Assembly (NCBI GenBank): GCA_020025175.1 | Contig: JAHHSM010000002.1 | Span: forward strand, 6,984 to 70,983 | DNA from: Oscillospiraceae bacterium | Lineage (GTDB): Bacteria; Bacillota; Clostridia; Oscillospirales; Oscillospiraceae | DNA: 64,000 nucleotides | Direction of reading: 5' to 3' | Shown here: positions 1-9,192 of the stretch, one piece after another | Layout: each line of letters begins with the position of its first letter | Numbering within the stretch: position 1 is the first letter of the stretch | The notes under the pieces: generated by a model | The model's database searches: none | What the model was told of the DNA's origin: nothing | What the model saw: the letters and a program-made list of their open reading frames with translations, nothing else | Position numbers and translations under genes: made by a program

Positions 1-47
1 GTAAAATCATTTAAGAATACACAGGATTTGGTTAGAATTGAAGGAAA

Positions 48-1223
48 TTATGCAAGAGATTGAAATACCTCCACAGCTTTTTCGGCAAACAGACGGGCGG
101 CATAAACTGCTTCATCCAGAGAATTGCCGGCTGCACCCACCTCAACCAGCAGCGAGCCTGTGGTGGCGTGCTCATTATAGCGGGAATTGCGCAAATACAT
201 GGGCCGCATCAGGGTAGGATAGGCTTCGGTGAGGCGCTGCTGAAGGAGGACGGCCAGCTTGAGATTTTCCTGCCAATGTTCATGGGGTAGGCCGCTGCCG
301 TCACTGCCTACGACAATGGACAGTTGAGCGGCATTATTGCCGTTTACCTGGGAAATGACCTTATAGCTGTTGCCTTTGCTGTCTTCGATGGCATCTCGGT
401 GAATGTCCAGCACGAAATGGATGGAAGGATATCTCTTTAAATAGGCGGCTATGGCTTTTTCGGCGCGGTCATAAGCATCGCTGTAGCCGGCGGCATCGTG
501 GAGAGTGCGGTCGTGCAGGACGGAAATCCCGGCTTCTTCAAACACATTGGCGATTTCGTCCCCGATGCGCACAACATTATAATTGGTGTCGTGGCTGCGT
601 GCGTTTGTGACAGCTTCGGATGCCTGACCTTTGGGCATGGTATAGGCTTCTGTGCCGTGGGTATGTAAAATGAGAACCTGGGGCATATCGTCTGTAAAAC
701 GGGCGGCAGGTCTGCTGGACATCAATTTTTCAAGATTTGGTGCATAGTTTGTGGTGTTTTTGATATAAACATCCTTCCACACAAGGTAGCCTGCCGGATT
801 TGTGGGGTGGATGGTTTTTGCGGGAACACCGTTATCAGAATCAATTACAAGATCCGGCATGGTCTGGTCAGTGGGATCGATCATTGTGCCCTCATGGGTT
901 TCCGTGTTTGGTTCATTTTTGGATGGCGGTGCAGGGGGCATATCTTTTTGCGACAGCGCTTGAATTTTTTGATAGTTGCGCACAAGAAGCGGGCTATCAT
1001 GGATAGCCAGAGCGGTGAGCAGAGAAAAGGGCGATGTGTCCTTGTCTGCATCGGTATTTTTAAGCTGCGGCAGCTGTGAGGCAACAAGAAAGGTGCTCAG
1101 GTGTTCCGCCAGCGCAAATTCATTGCGGTAGGGTGATAGAAAGAAGGAGGAGATCAGTGTGAGCAAGGCGAGAATCACTGCCAGTGTGCGCCGCAGTGCG
1201 GCATGTCCATCAGAACGATTCAT
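48..1223 (-). CDS. spoIIP: Stage II sporulation protein P (SpoIIP-type cell-wall amidase)
   Basis: 391-aa ORF with an N-terminal signal/TM segment (LAVILALLTLISSFFL). It has the characteristic LILHTHGTEAY and LDIHRDA motifs of the SpoIIP family. Confidence 0.8.
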   Translation of the reverse strand: MNRSDGHAALRRTLAVILALLTLISSFFLSPYRNEFALAEHLSTFLVASQLPQLKNTDADKDTSPFSLLTALAIHDSPLLVRNYQKIQALSQKDMPPAPPSKNEPNTETHEGTMIDPTDQTMPDLVIDSDNGVPAKTIHPTNPAGYLVWKDVYIKNTTNYAPNLEKLMSSRPAARFTDDMPQVLILHTHGTEAYTMPKGQASEAVTNARSHDTNYNVVRIGDEIANVFEEAGISVLHDRTLHDAAGYSDAYDRAEKAIAAYLKRYPSIHFVLDIHRDAIEDSKGNSYKVISQVNGNNAAQLSIVVGSDGSGLPHEHWQENLKLAVLLQQRLTEAYPTLMRPMYLRNSRYNEHATTGSLLVEVGAAGNSLDEAVYAARLFAEKAVEVFQSLA

Positions 1224-1379
1224 TTGTGCAAAACTCCTTTGTCCATAGAATGAGTGGATGGACTACTTTATGAAAAAGATAGGAAAAGTATGACAACGGA
1301 GAATGTCCTGACTTGAAAAATCATAATAAATGTGGTAGGATTGCGCCAATATTTCATTATGATTTGATAGGGGTTTACG

Positions 1380-2219
1380 GTGAAAAAGATTTTTGGCAGG
1401 GGTGATTTCTTGAAGAAAAAAATAGATGTACATTTTAATGTAAGACAAAAAAAGACGCAGCGCAATGTGTCGGTTGTTTATGTGCTGCTGCGCCTTTCTG
1501 TGGTGGGTGTGCTGATTGCGCAGATATTCAATAAGAATTTTGAAAACGTGATGCTGTGTGTGCTCACCTTATTTTTGTTTATGCTGCCCTCCATTTTGGA
1601 GCGCCGCTTGAAGATCGATCTTCCTCACACGCTGGAAGTGGTGATCCTGCTCTTTATTTACGCGGCGGAAATTTTGGGCGAAGTGGGAGCATATTATGTG
1701 CGCTTCACCTTCTGGGATACGATGCTCCATACGCTCAACGGTTTTCTCTGCGCGGCGATTGGATTTTGTTTGATCGATCTGCTCAATCGCAGTGAGCGCA
1801 AGGGGTTTTCCTTCTCCCTCTCGCCGCTGTATGTGGCACTGGCAGCCTTTACCTTTTCCATGACCGTGGGTGTGCTGTGGGAATTTTTTGAGTGCTTTAT
1901 GGATCAGATGTTTTTCCTGGATATGCAGAAGGACACCGTCATACCGGTGATCAGTTCAGTGATGCTGGACCCGGCAGGCACAAACCATTTTATCACAGTG
2001 CGGGATATTCAAGATGTGATCCTTGTCCTCGGTGACGGGACAACACGCTCGCTGGGTCTTGGCGGATATCTGGATATCGGACTGCTGGATACCATGGAGG
2101 ATCTGTTCGTGAATTTTGTGGGGGGCAACGGTATTTTCCGTTTTGGGCTATTTTTATATCAAGCACCGCGGCAAGGGCAGATTTGCAGGTCGTTTTATTC
2201 CCCGAGTGCTGCGCGATGA
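1380..2219 (+). CDS. Multi-pass membrane protein (YjdF/DUF2238-like, tentative) with an apparent frameshift in the last ~35 codons
   Basis: The ORF has several hydrophobic helices (WDTMLHTLNGFLCAAIGFCLIDLLN). After the G6 run at 2120..2125 the annotated frame becomes non-hydrophobic. The adjacent frame reads GATVFSVLGYFYIKHRGKGRFAGRFIPRVLRDDDEQSDSE* and ends at 2244. The start codon is uncertain. Confidence 0.55.
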   Translation: MKKIFGRGDFLKKKIDVHFNVRQKKTQRNVSVVYVLLRLSVVGVLIAQIFNKNFENVMLCVLTLFLFMLPSILERRLKIDLPHTLEVVILLFIYAAEILGEVGAYYVRFTFWDTMLHTLNGFLCAAIGFCLIDLLNRSERKGFSFSLSPLYVALAAFTFSMTVGVLWEFFECFMDQMFFLDMQKDTVIPVISSVMLDPAGTNHFITVRDIQDVILVLGDGTTRSLGLGGYLDIGLLDTMEDLFVNFVGGNGIFRFGLFLYQAPRQGQICRSFYSPSAAR

Positions 2220-2302
2220 TGATGAACAGAGCGACAGTGAGTAAAAAAAGCGATGCCGTGTTCTCTGACGAAACAGTGCAAGCCATACATAGATCAAATA
2301 GG

Positions 2303-2338
2303 AAAGCGCTCTGTTTTTTTGGAGACAGAGCGCTTTTT
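2303..2338 (+). terminator. Rho-independent terminator
   Basis: Stem AAGCGCTCTG/CAGAGCGCTT followed by a T-run, downstream of the membrane protein gene. Confidence 0.6.
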
Positions 2339-2479
2339 GGCAAAGAGAGCGGAAAGGAACATTGCAAAAAGACGAACCCTTCCTTATACTATAAAATATT
2401 ATAAAGTACTATGGCTGCGGAGACTTGATCGCAGCATGCAGTTGGGCAATAAGCAAACTGCGCGATATAGGAGGATTTC

Positions 2480-3571
2480 ATGGAGAATATTGTTTCTTAT
2501 GCAGAAAAACAGATGGAACCCTTTGATCAGCGGCCTTTTTGCGCAGTGGACAGCTTGATCCTTTCCTGGGCTTCATATCTGCATTTTTCTGCGGTTTCTG
2601 CGGAGGTGTACCGTTGGAGCGGTATGCGCCTTGCAGAGTTGTTTCGCGCGGAGGCGTTTGGGGACCTATTTGCCGAAATGTGGGACTTGGAACAAAGCCG
2701 CAGATTGCTGGCGGCACTGGCAGCAAGTCCGCGTTTTCGCAATATCCGCGTTTGCGGATATTGCCAGCAGACGGATTTAGAGAAGGAACAGCAGTTTGCG
2801 GCGGTCACATTCCGGTTGCATCAAGGGCTGAATTACATCGCCTTTCGAGGTACAGATCTATCGTTGATAGGCTGGAAAGAAAATTTTAATATGGCATTCA
2901 AATGTCCCGTTCCCTCACAGGAGGAAGCACGCCGGTATGTAACCGACGCGGCGCAGCACTGCGAAGGGGATTTACTGCTGGGCGGACATTCTAAGGGCGG
3001 AAATCTTGCGGTGTATGCGGCGGCAAAAAGCAAAGATGATGTCTGGCAGCGTATTGCACGTGTCTACTCCCATGACGGGCCGGGATTTTTAGAGAAGGTT
3101 CTGCGCACGGAAGGGTTTGCACGCGTGGTGGATAAAGTGGATAAAACATTGCCGCAATCCTCCCTTGTTGGTTTGCTGCTGGAGCAGAACAGCAGCTATC
3201 GCATAGTTAAAAGCAAGGGGATTGGCGTATGGCAGCATGATCCGTTTTCGTGGATTGTGAATGGAGCCGATTTTCGTTATTTGGAGCATCTTGCGCCCCA
3301 GGCGGAGTATTTTGACCGGACGCTGAGCGAATGGCTCAGCCAGATTTCGGATGCTGAACGGGAGCGCTTTGTGGAAGCGCTTTATGGGGTGCTGAGCAGC
3401 AATGAAATTGAAAGCATTTCGGATTTTCGCAGCGATTGGCAAAAAAATGTGCCTGCCGTAATGCGTGCGGCGGCACAGCTGGATGGGGATACACGCCGCT
3501 TTTTGATTCGTACGGTCAAGGCATTGGCGGTGCAGGGTGTGAAAAGCCTGAAAAAAGACGCAGAGGCATAA
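2480..3571 (+). CDS. Mbeg1-like/DUF2974 alpha/beta-hydrolase (lipase-like) protein
   Basis: 363-aa ORF with the nucleophile elbow GGHSKGGNLAVYAA and AFRGTD, both typical of DUF2974. Confidence 0.7.
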   Translation: MENIVSYAEKQMEPFDQRPFCAVDSLILSWASYLHFSAVSAEVYRWSGMRLAELFRAEAFGDLFAEMWDLEQSRRLLAALAASPRFRNIRVCGYCQQTDLEKEQQFAAVTFRLHQGLNYIAFRGTDLSLIGWKENFNMAFKCPVPSQEEARRYVTDAAQHCEGDLLLGGHSKGGNLAVYAAAKSKDDVWQRIARVYSHDGPGFLEKVLRTEGFARVVDKVDKTLPQSSLVGLLLEQNSSYRIVKSKGIGVWQHDPFSWIVNGADFRYLEHLAPQAEYFDRTLSEWLSQISDAERERFVEALYGVLSSNEIESISDFRSDWQKNVPAVMRAAAQLDGDTRRFLIRTVKALAVQGVKSLKKDAEA

Positions 3572-3738
3572 AGAAAAGCTGCCCATGCATGACATGAAGC
3601 GAAAGTGAATTTTTTTGCTGCATATTGTTCCGGACGATTCTAAAGCCTTTTTCTGCATCACATCGTTCTGCGGACTTTTACACATCCTGAGGCTGTTTTG
3701 TGGAAAACAAGCGGAGCTTTTATTCGATGCGCTCTGCT

Positions 3739-3775
3739 AAAAAACACAGGGAATCTTGATTCCCTGTGTTTTTCT
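3739..3775. terminator. Bidirectional hairpin terminator
   Basis: Stem ACACAGGGAAT/ATTCCCTGTGT flanked by an A-run and a T-run. It lies directly after the stop of the minus-strand gene ending at 3777. Confidence 0.65.
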
Positions 3776-3776
3776 T

Positions 3777-4334
3777 TCAGTCAATCTCAAAAATTCCGCG
3801 CAGCCCTGTGCCGGGGTTCTCAAACAAAGGGATATTTGGCGGCAGTAATGTAAATACGATAGAAAAAATGATCAGCACTGCAATCAGCATCAGGGGAACC
3901 AGCCACGAAACACTGCTTCCATGACGATACTGCCGCAAACCGATCAATTGTCCCAAAAGGATTCCCAAAAAGAAAATCATGATATCCACAACGACAGATT
4001 CTATGCCAAAGGCACCCTGCAAAAAATAAAACAACAGCAAAATAACGCTTTGTGCACTTATGAGAGCCGTAAATGCTCCCATAAACCATGCGGCAGCATC
4101 AATATCGTGTCTGCGTGCCATACGTATGTAATAAATGGTCCACCATAATATCATCGGCCACAGCACCAATTTCAAATGCTCCCAAACGCTTTCGTTTACC
4201 GGCGCAAAAAGTCCCACAAGAAACTGGCTGCCACTGAGTTCATACAAAAAGTGTGCCCCGCATCCCAAAAGAAATAAAATCGGAATACCCAATAGAATTT
4301 GGCGTTCTTCTTTTCCCATGTTAAGTATTTTCAT
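3777..4334 (-). CDS. Integral membrane protein (DUF6512-like, tentative)
   Basis: Start chosen at MKILNMGKEE, preceded by the RBS GGGGGAGAA. There are five or more hydrophobic helices. The motif NESVWEHLKL resembles DUF6512. Confidence 0.6.
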   Translation of the reverse strand: MKILNMGKEERQILLGIPILFLLGCGAHFLYELSGSQFLVGLFAPVNESVWEHLKLVLWPMILWWTIYYIRMARRHDIDAAAWFMGAFTALISAQSVILLLFYFLQGAFGIESVVVDIMIFFLGILLGQLIGLRQYRHGSSVSWLVPLMLIAVLIIFSIVFTLLPPNIPLFENPGTGLRGIFEID

Positions 4335-4576
4335 CTGTTTTCTCCCCCTTGAATGATACAAATTGTATCGTGAAAAAGATGAAAAATACCGCAAAGTTTG
4401 TCGTCTCGATGGAATCTATAAAAATATGCATGGCTTATTGCGCCTTTATATATTGTTTTCTTGTCAAACGACGGAAAAATCTGCTATACTATAAAAATTC
4501 TGCTGCCTGTCAAAAGAACCCCATCTTTTATGGGGCATTCTATTTTGATACCAGCACTGCAAGGAGACTTAATTTT

Positions 4577-4939
4577 ATGGAAAAACACATTCTGGCATGG
4601 GCAATTATTACTGTCATGGTGCTGCTTTTATTGCCATGGCTGGTGACTTCCTTTATCCCTGCCGATTCCGGAATGGCGGCTATGATACTGCTGCTGTTGA
4701 TTGTCAATCCCTTATGCGCTGCGGCAACCGGTATTTTTTCCGGCCAGAGCATCAAAAGCCGGTGGAGTTTGCCTGTTATTTTTGCGCTGCTGTTTTCTTG
4801 CGGCGCATGGTTCCTGCTCCAAATGTATGCCGCAGCATTATTTGCATACACCGGAATTTATCTGGCAGTGGGAATTGCGGCAATGCTGCTGACCGCGCAA
4901 ATCAATCGTTTGAAAATTGCGAAAGATTCCCTGGAATAA
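4577..4939 (+). CDS. Small membrane protein (about 120 aa), unknown function
   Basis: The ATG is preceded by AAGGAGA. The product MEKHILAWAIITVMVLLLLPW... has four predicted helices. The upstream part of the 196-aa ORF has no coding character. Confidence 0.5.
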   Translation: MEKHILAWAIITVMVLLLLPWLVTSFIPADSGMAAMILLLLIVNPLCAAATGIFSGQSIKSRWSLPVIFALLFSCGAWFLLQMYAAALFAYTGIYLAVGIAAMLLTAQINRLKIAKDSLE

Positions 4940-4957
4940 TCCGGCAGGATTTTGCAG

Positions 4958-4992
4958 CAAAACGGCATGGCTTTTAGCCATGCCGTTTTTTT
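4958..4992. terminator. Bidirectional terminator between convergent genes
   Basis: Stem AACGGCATGGC/GCCATGCCGTT with an A-run upstream and a T-run downstream. Confidence 0.7.
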
Positions 4993-5059
4993 ACGCAATG
5001 GTATCATTTTTAAACTGCTGCCTTTGACAGCACATGCAGCAGATCAAAACGCCCTTTTA

Positions 5060-5911
5060 TCACAGCAAAATTTCTGCGTGGCGCAGCACATGGCAGCTCA
5101 TGTTCAAACCGCATGGCAGCCCTGCAATATGGGTAGGTGCTGCTTCGATATGCACTGCCAGCGCCGTTGTCGTACCGCCCAGCCCCTGAGGACCGATGCC
5201 GAGACGGTTGATTTTTTCCAACAGGCGCTGTTCCATCTCTGCATAAAACGGATCGGGATGGCGGGAGCCTGCCTTTCGCAGCAGCGCCCGTTTTGCCAGC
5301 AGCATGACCTGCTCGGAAGTGCCGCCAAAGCCGACGCCCAATACAATGGGCGGACAGGGATTCGAGCCTGCTTCATTGACCGCCGAAACGATAAACTGCT
5401 CGATCGTCTCCAGCGAGGCAGTTGGCTTAAACATTTTGAGAGCACTCATGTTTTCGCTGCCAAAGCCCTTGGGTGCAGCGGTGATTTTCAGGCGATCTCC
5501 TTCCACTATGCGCAGATGGATCACCGCCGGTGTATTATCATTGGTATTTTCACGACGGAAGGGATCACCCACGATGGACAAACGCAGCAGTCCTTCCACA
5601 TACCCCTGGCGCACGCCTTCATTCAGCGCGTCTTCAAGATATCCGCCGGTGATGTGTACATCCTGTCCCAGTTCCACAAACAACACCGCGATGCCCGTAT
5701 CCTGACAAATCGGCAAACGTTTTTCCTCCGCGAGGCGATAGTTTTCCACAAGATCCTCCAAAATGGACTTGCCGACTTCTGCCTCTTCCCTGTCACAGCT
5801 TTGGCAGATCGCCCTGCGCATATCATCGGGAAGAATACAGTTTGCATCGATGCACAGCTGTTTTACTGCTGCGGTGATTTGCTGACAATCAATTTGGCGC
5901 ATTGCCCTCAC
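5060..5911 (-). CDS. Fe-S type hydro-lyase alpha subunit (class I fumarate hydratase / tartrate dehydratase alpha type)
   Basis: 283-aa ORF with CQDTGIAVLFVELGQDVHI and the C-terminal GLPCG...MSCH cysteine pattern of the FumA/TtdA N-terminal domain. Confidence 0.8.
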   Translation of the reverse strand: MRAMRQIDCQQITAAVKQLCIDANCILPDDMRRAICQSCDREEAEVGKSILEDLVENYRLAEEKRLPICQDTGIAVLFVELGQDVHITGGYLEDALNEGVRQGYVEGLLRLSIVGDPFRRENTNDNTPAVIHLRIVEGDRLKITAAPKGFGSENMSALKMFKPTASLETIEQFIVSAVNEAGSNPCPPIVLGVGFGGTSEQVMLLAKRALLRKAGSRHPDPFYAEMEQRLLEKINRLGIGPQGLGGTTTALAVHIEAAPTHIAGLPCGLNMSCHVLRHAEILL

Positions 5912-5922
5912 CTTCTAAATGT

Positions 5923-7113
5923 TCAAATTTGCTTTCCGTCGATAAAGACCGCCTTGATTTTCCAGCTCATATCAAAGGGGTGAGCAGTGCATACAACGAT
6001 ATCGGCATCCTTGCCCACTGCCAGAGAACCCACACGATCCGCAATGCCGGCGATTTCCGCTGCCGTAATGGTAATGGAACGGAGTGCCTCCTCCGGGTCC
6101 ATTCCCGCGCGCACCGCCATAGCGGCAGACAGCGGCAAATACTCCGCAGGCAGCTCCGGGTGGTCCGTACAGATGGCAACCGCAACGCCTGCTTTTGACA
6201 AGATTGCAGGATTTTCCATCTTCTGATAAAACAGCTCCGGCTTGCTGCGGTCTGTCATCAGCGGTCCGCAAATGACTTTTGCATGCTCCTCTGCCAGAAT
6301 ATCAGCAATCAAATGTCCATCCGTACCGTGGACAATGACATAATCCAGATGAAATTCCTTGGCAATGCGGACAGCCGTCAAAATATCATCCGCTCTGTGG
6401 GCATGGAAATGGGCAGGCAGCTCACGATTTAAGACGGGGAGCAGGGCCTCCAGCTTTGCATCGTAATCCGGTGCATCTTCCTCTTCATCCAGTGCAGCCT
6501 TCTGCTTCTTATTCCTATATTCCTGGGCTTTATACAGCTCTTCACGAATCAATGCTGCCGTTGCCATGCGCGTCATAGGCATCTCGTGCTTTTCGTTGTA
6601 GGTCATTTTTGGGTTTTCGCCCAGCGCAAATTTCATGCAGGCAGAGGTCTTGATTGCCATATCGTCAATGCGGCGCCCTGTTGTTTTCATGGCAATAAAT
6701 TGACCGGCGATGGGATTTGCGCTGCCGGGACCTGTCAAAACAGTGGTAATGCCTGCCGCGGCAGTTTCACCAAAATAGCGGTCAAAGGGATTGACGCCAT
6801 CCACCGCACGCAGCTGGGGCGTGATTGGCTCGGTCATTTCATTGCAGTCATCACTCTCAAACCCCACGCTGTCGCCGCAAATACCCAAATGGCAGTGTGC
6901 GTCTACAAAGCCGGGCAGCACAATAGCGCCCTCAGCATCGTAAATTTCTGCATCCTCCGGACAGGTATCCATAGCTCCCAAGGCTTTTATTTTACCCTGC
7001 GCAATCTGAATATAACCCGTTTCAATCGTTTCCCCTTCCATGGGAAGAATATTTGCATTGATAATCAGCACAGTGATGACCCCTTTCTTTGGCAATCGGT
7101 GTTTTTTCGACAA
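5923..7113 (-). CDS. Metal-dependent amidohydrolase family protein
   Basis: LPGFVDAHCHLG metal-binding motif near the N-terminus and AICTDH near the C-terminus. It lies 11 nt upstream of the hydro-lyase alpha gene. Confidence 0.75.
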   Translation of the reverse strand: MSKKHRLPKKGVITVLIINANILPMEGETIETGYIQIAQGKIKALGAMDTCPEDAEIYDAEGAIVLPGFVDAHCHLGICGDSVGFESDDCNEMTEPITPQLRAVDGVNPFDRYFGETAAAGITTVLTGPGSANPIAGQFIAMKTTGRRIDDMAIKTSACMKFALGENPKMTYNEKHEMPMTRMATAALIREELYKAQEYRNKKQKAALDEEEDAPDYDAKLEALLPVLNRELPAHFHAHRADDILTAVRIAKEFHLDYVIVHGTDGHLIADILAEEHAKVICGPLMTDRSKPELFYQKMENPAILSKAGVAVAICTDHPELPAEYLPLSAAMAVRAGMDPEEALRSITITAAEIAGIADRVGSLAVGKDADIVVCTAHPFDMSWKIKAVFIDGKQI

Positions 7114-7272
7114 AAGCTCCTATTTACAATTCAAAATTCGGAGCGTACAATAATTCCAGTGGAACTTTTCCAATATCCCACCCCATCTTTGAGTCCTCAC
7201 CATGCAGGTGGGGACTTTTTTTATAAGAAAAGAAATGCACAGCGTTTCCGCTGTGCATCTTAAAGTGTTGCC

Positions 7273-7743
7273 TTATCTACGGCGTCCACGCTTGTCCAAG
7301 GAGTGATTCAGATCGGAAATCTTACCTTCGGACTCGGTCATGAAAGCCTTGAGCTTTGCTTCAAAAGATTCTTCCGCGGTCATAGGCGCAGCCGGTGCTG
7401 CAGCACGGCCGCCGCCACGGTTTCCGCCAAAATTCTGGCGAGGACCGGTGGTATTGTTTCGATAGCCGCCGTTTCCGCTGCGGCTATTGCCCTGAGCGGC
7501 AGGTGCCGGGGGCAGCGCGCGCTTAATAGACAGATTGATACGGCCATTTTCGTCGATTGCCAAAATCTTGACCTTCACGCTCTGACCTTCTTGCAGGTGC
7601 TCATGAATGTCGTTTACATATGTGTTCGCAATCTCGGAAATATGCACCAAACCGGATTTATTTTCCCCCAGGGACACAAATGCGCCAAATTTTGTAATAC
7701 CGGTCACTTTTCCTTCCAAAATGTTCCCTACGCCAAACTCCAT
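7273..7743 (-). CDS. yabR: S1 RNA-binding domain protein (YabR-like)
   Basis: N-terminal S1 domain GNILEGKVTGITKFGAFVSL...GLVHISEI, followed by a Gly/Arg-rich tail. Its position after divIC matches the Bacillus yab locus. Confidence 0.8.
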   Translation of the reverse strand: MEFGVGNILEGKVTGITKFGAFVSLGENKSGLVHISEIANTYVNDIHEHLQEGQSVKVKILAIDENGRINLSIKRALPPAPAAQGNSRSGNGGYRNNTTGPRQNFGGNRGGGRAAAPAAPMTAEESFEAKLKAFMTESEGKISDLNHSLDKRGRRR

Positions 7744-7802
7744 ATCGTCTGTTTTTTCTCCCTTCGCCAGGTGACCCTGTCTTTCTTTATATTGACGGCG
7801 CT

Positions 7803-8111
7803 TTAATAGCTGGTATCATAAAACACCTTTTCGCCGTTTTTTACCATACCGAGTTCATCTCTTGCCACCTGCTCCAGCTTTTCCTGCTTGTCGGCCGATG
7901 CGATGTCGGCGCGAAGGGCCTGGTTGCGATCCTGCAAAACCTGCACCTGCGCTGCCAGATCCGCCTGCTGCGCCGCTGCTGCCTGAATCTGTTTTTGCAG
8001 ATTGTACAGCGTAACGCCCGCATAAACCATCACTGCGATGACGACCAGCTTGACGAGAATACCTGTCAGACCGAATCCTGCTGTGCGTTTTTGGGCATTT
8101 GTACTTCTCAC
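7803..8111 (-). CDS. divIC: Septum formation initiator FtsB/DivIC family protein
   Basis: 102 aa with a single TM helix followed by a coiled coil (LQKQIQAAAAQQADLAAQVQVLQDRNQAL) and C-terminal ARDELGMV. The GTG start is preceded by AAAAGGGG. Confidence 0.75.
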   Translation of the reverse strand: MRSTNAQKRTAGFGLTGILVKLVVIAVMVYAGVTLYNLQKQIQAAAAQQADLAAQVQVLQDRNQALRADIASADKQEKLEQVARDELGMVKNGEKVFYDTSY

Positions 8112-8586
8112 GATCCAGACCCCTTTTTCGTTTATGGTGTATTAGGATAAACTCCCATTTGTAATTTAATATTTTAACCCATTTGAACCAAAAAAGAAAG
8201 AGTTTTTTCAGCCAATTCATCATTGTTTTTAATTTTTTTTGCAAAAAATGAACAGGAAGGATACAAACTTTCCCAAAGGAAACAAACACATCCATCCAGA
8301 AATCCCATAACGGGCGCAGCACAGTGCTCATTGCACAAAAATAGAATACCGCTCCCAGCACCGCGCCGAGAACCAGATAAATGCGCAGTTCACCTTCTAC
8401 AGCCTGCATCGTATAGCCGATCATTCCCACCGCTATGCAGATACAAAAAACAATGTCGCACAAAATCAACAATTTTTGAAAACGTCGGCGCACTGCGCGC
8501 AGCAAATCATAAGCAAGTCCAAAAATCATTCCCAAAAGTGCTGCGCCGGTAAAGAGGATCAGCTGCTCTGATATATAGTTTTCCAT
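7855..8586 (-). CDS. yabQ: Spore cortex biosynthesis protein YabQ-like (3' end uncertain)
   Basis: The first ~155 aa are hydrophobic and YabQ-like, and the gene sits between yabP and divIC. The ORF has no stop until 7855, so it overlaps divIC out of frame with an Arg/Gly/Ser-rich tail. Confidence 0.55.
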   Translation of the reverse strand: MENYISEQLILFTGAALLGMIFGLAYDLLRAVRRRFQKLLILCDIVFCICIAVGMIGYTMQAVEGELRIYLVLGAVLGAVFYFCAMSTVLRPLWDFWMDVFVSFGKVCILPVHFLQKKLKTMMNWLKKLFLFWFKWVKILNYKWEFILIHHKRKRGLDREKYKCPKTHSRIRSDRYSRQAGRHRSDGLCGRYAVQSAKTDSGSSGAAGGSGSAGAGFAGSQPGPSRRHRIGRQAGKAGAGGKR

Positions 8587-8592
8587 CCCATA

Positions 8593-8892
8593 TCACCCAA
8601 ACAACCGTGCAAAAAAGCCACCGCCTTCACGCTGCCCCTCTTCATAGGTCAAAGAGTCGATTTGTCCGTCTACATGCAGTTCGCCGCCATCCAAACTGAG
8701 TTTTCCGATGTGCAGATTGCTTCCTGTAATAATCAGCGTGCCCACACTGGTAGTCATAACGATGCCCGTTTCATCAAATCGGTCCACGTCCTCTACGCCG
8801 GCAACGGTCAGCTGTTCCCGACCTTCCATATGTACATAATGATGTACATGCGATTGATTATTTTCTTCATATCGCATAAAAAATCCCTCCAT
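8593..8892 (-). CDS. yabP: Sporulation protein YabP
   Basis: LTVAGVEDVDRFDETGIVMTTSVGTLIITGSNLHIGKLSLDGGELHVDG is the typical YabP fold signature. An alternative start lies at 8877. Confidence 0.8.
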   Translation of the reverse strand: MEGFFMRYEENNQSHVHHYVHMEGREQLTVAGVEDVDRFDETGIVMTTSVGTLIITGSNLHIGKLSLDGGELHVDGQIDSLTYEEGQREGGGFFARLFG

Positions 8893-8940
8893 AAACTTAA
8901 GGCTTACCTCAGTTTATGAAGGGATTGTATCATTTATGCC

Positions 8941-9189
8941 TTATGCATCCGCAACTTCACGGTACATGGTGGGCGCATCTGCCTTGCCAACGGTTTCGTT
9001 GATCGCAAGCACCTCAACCGTCACGCATTTTTCGCCGAAACGAATGGAGATTTTGTCACCCACCTTTACATCGTACGATGCACGCTGAATCCGCCCGTTT
9101 ACGCTGACGCGCTCGTTGTCACACGCCTCATTGGCCACGGTGCGCCTTTTGATGAGACGGGAGACTTTTAAATATTTATCCAGCCGCAT
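8941..9189 (-). CDS. yabO: S4-domain RNA-binding protein (YabO/Hsp15-like)
   Basis: The 82-aa product MRLDKYLKVSRLIKRRTVA... carries an S4 domain. Synteny matches the Bacillus yab locus. Confidence 0.8.
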   Translation of the reverse strand: MRLDKYLKVSRLIKRRTVANEACDNERVSVNGRIQRASYDVKVGDKISIRFGEKCVTVEVLAINETVGKADAPTMYREVADA

Positions 9190-9192
9190 AGT

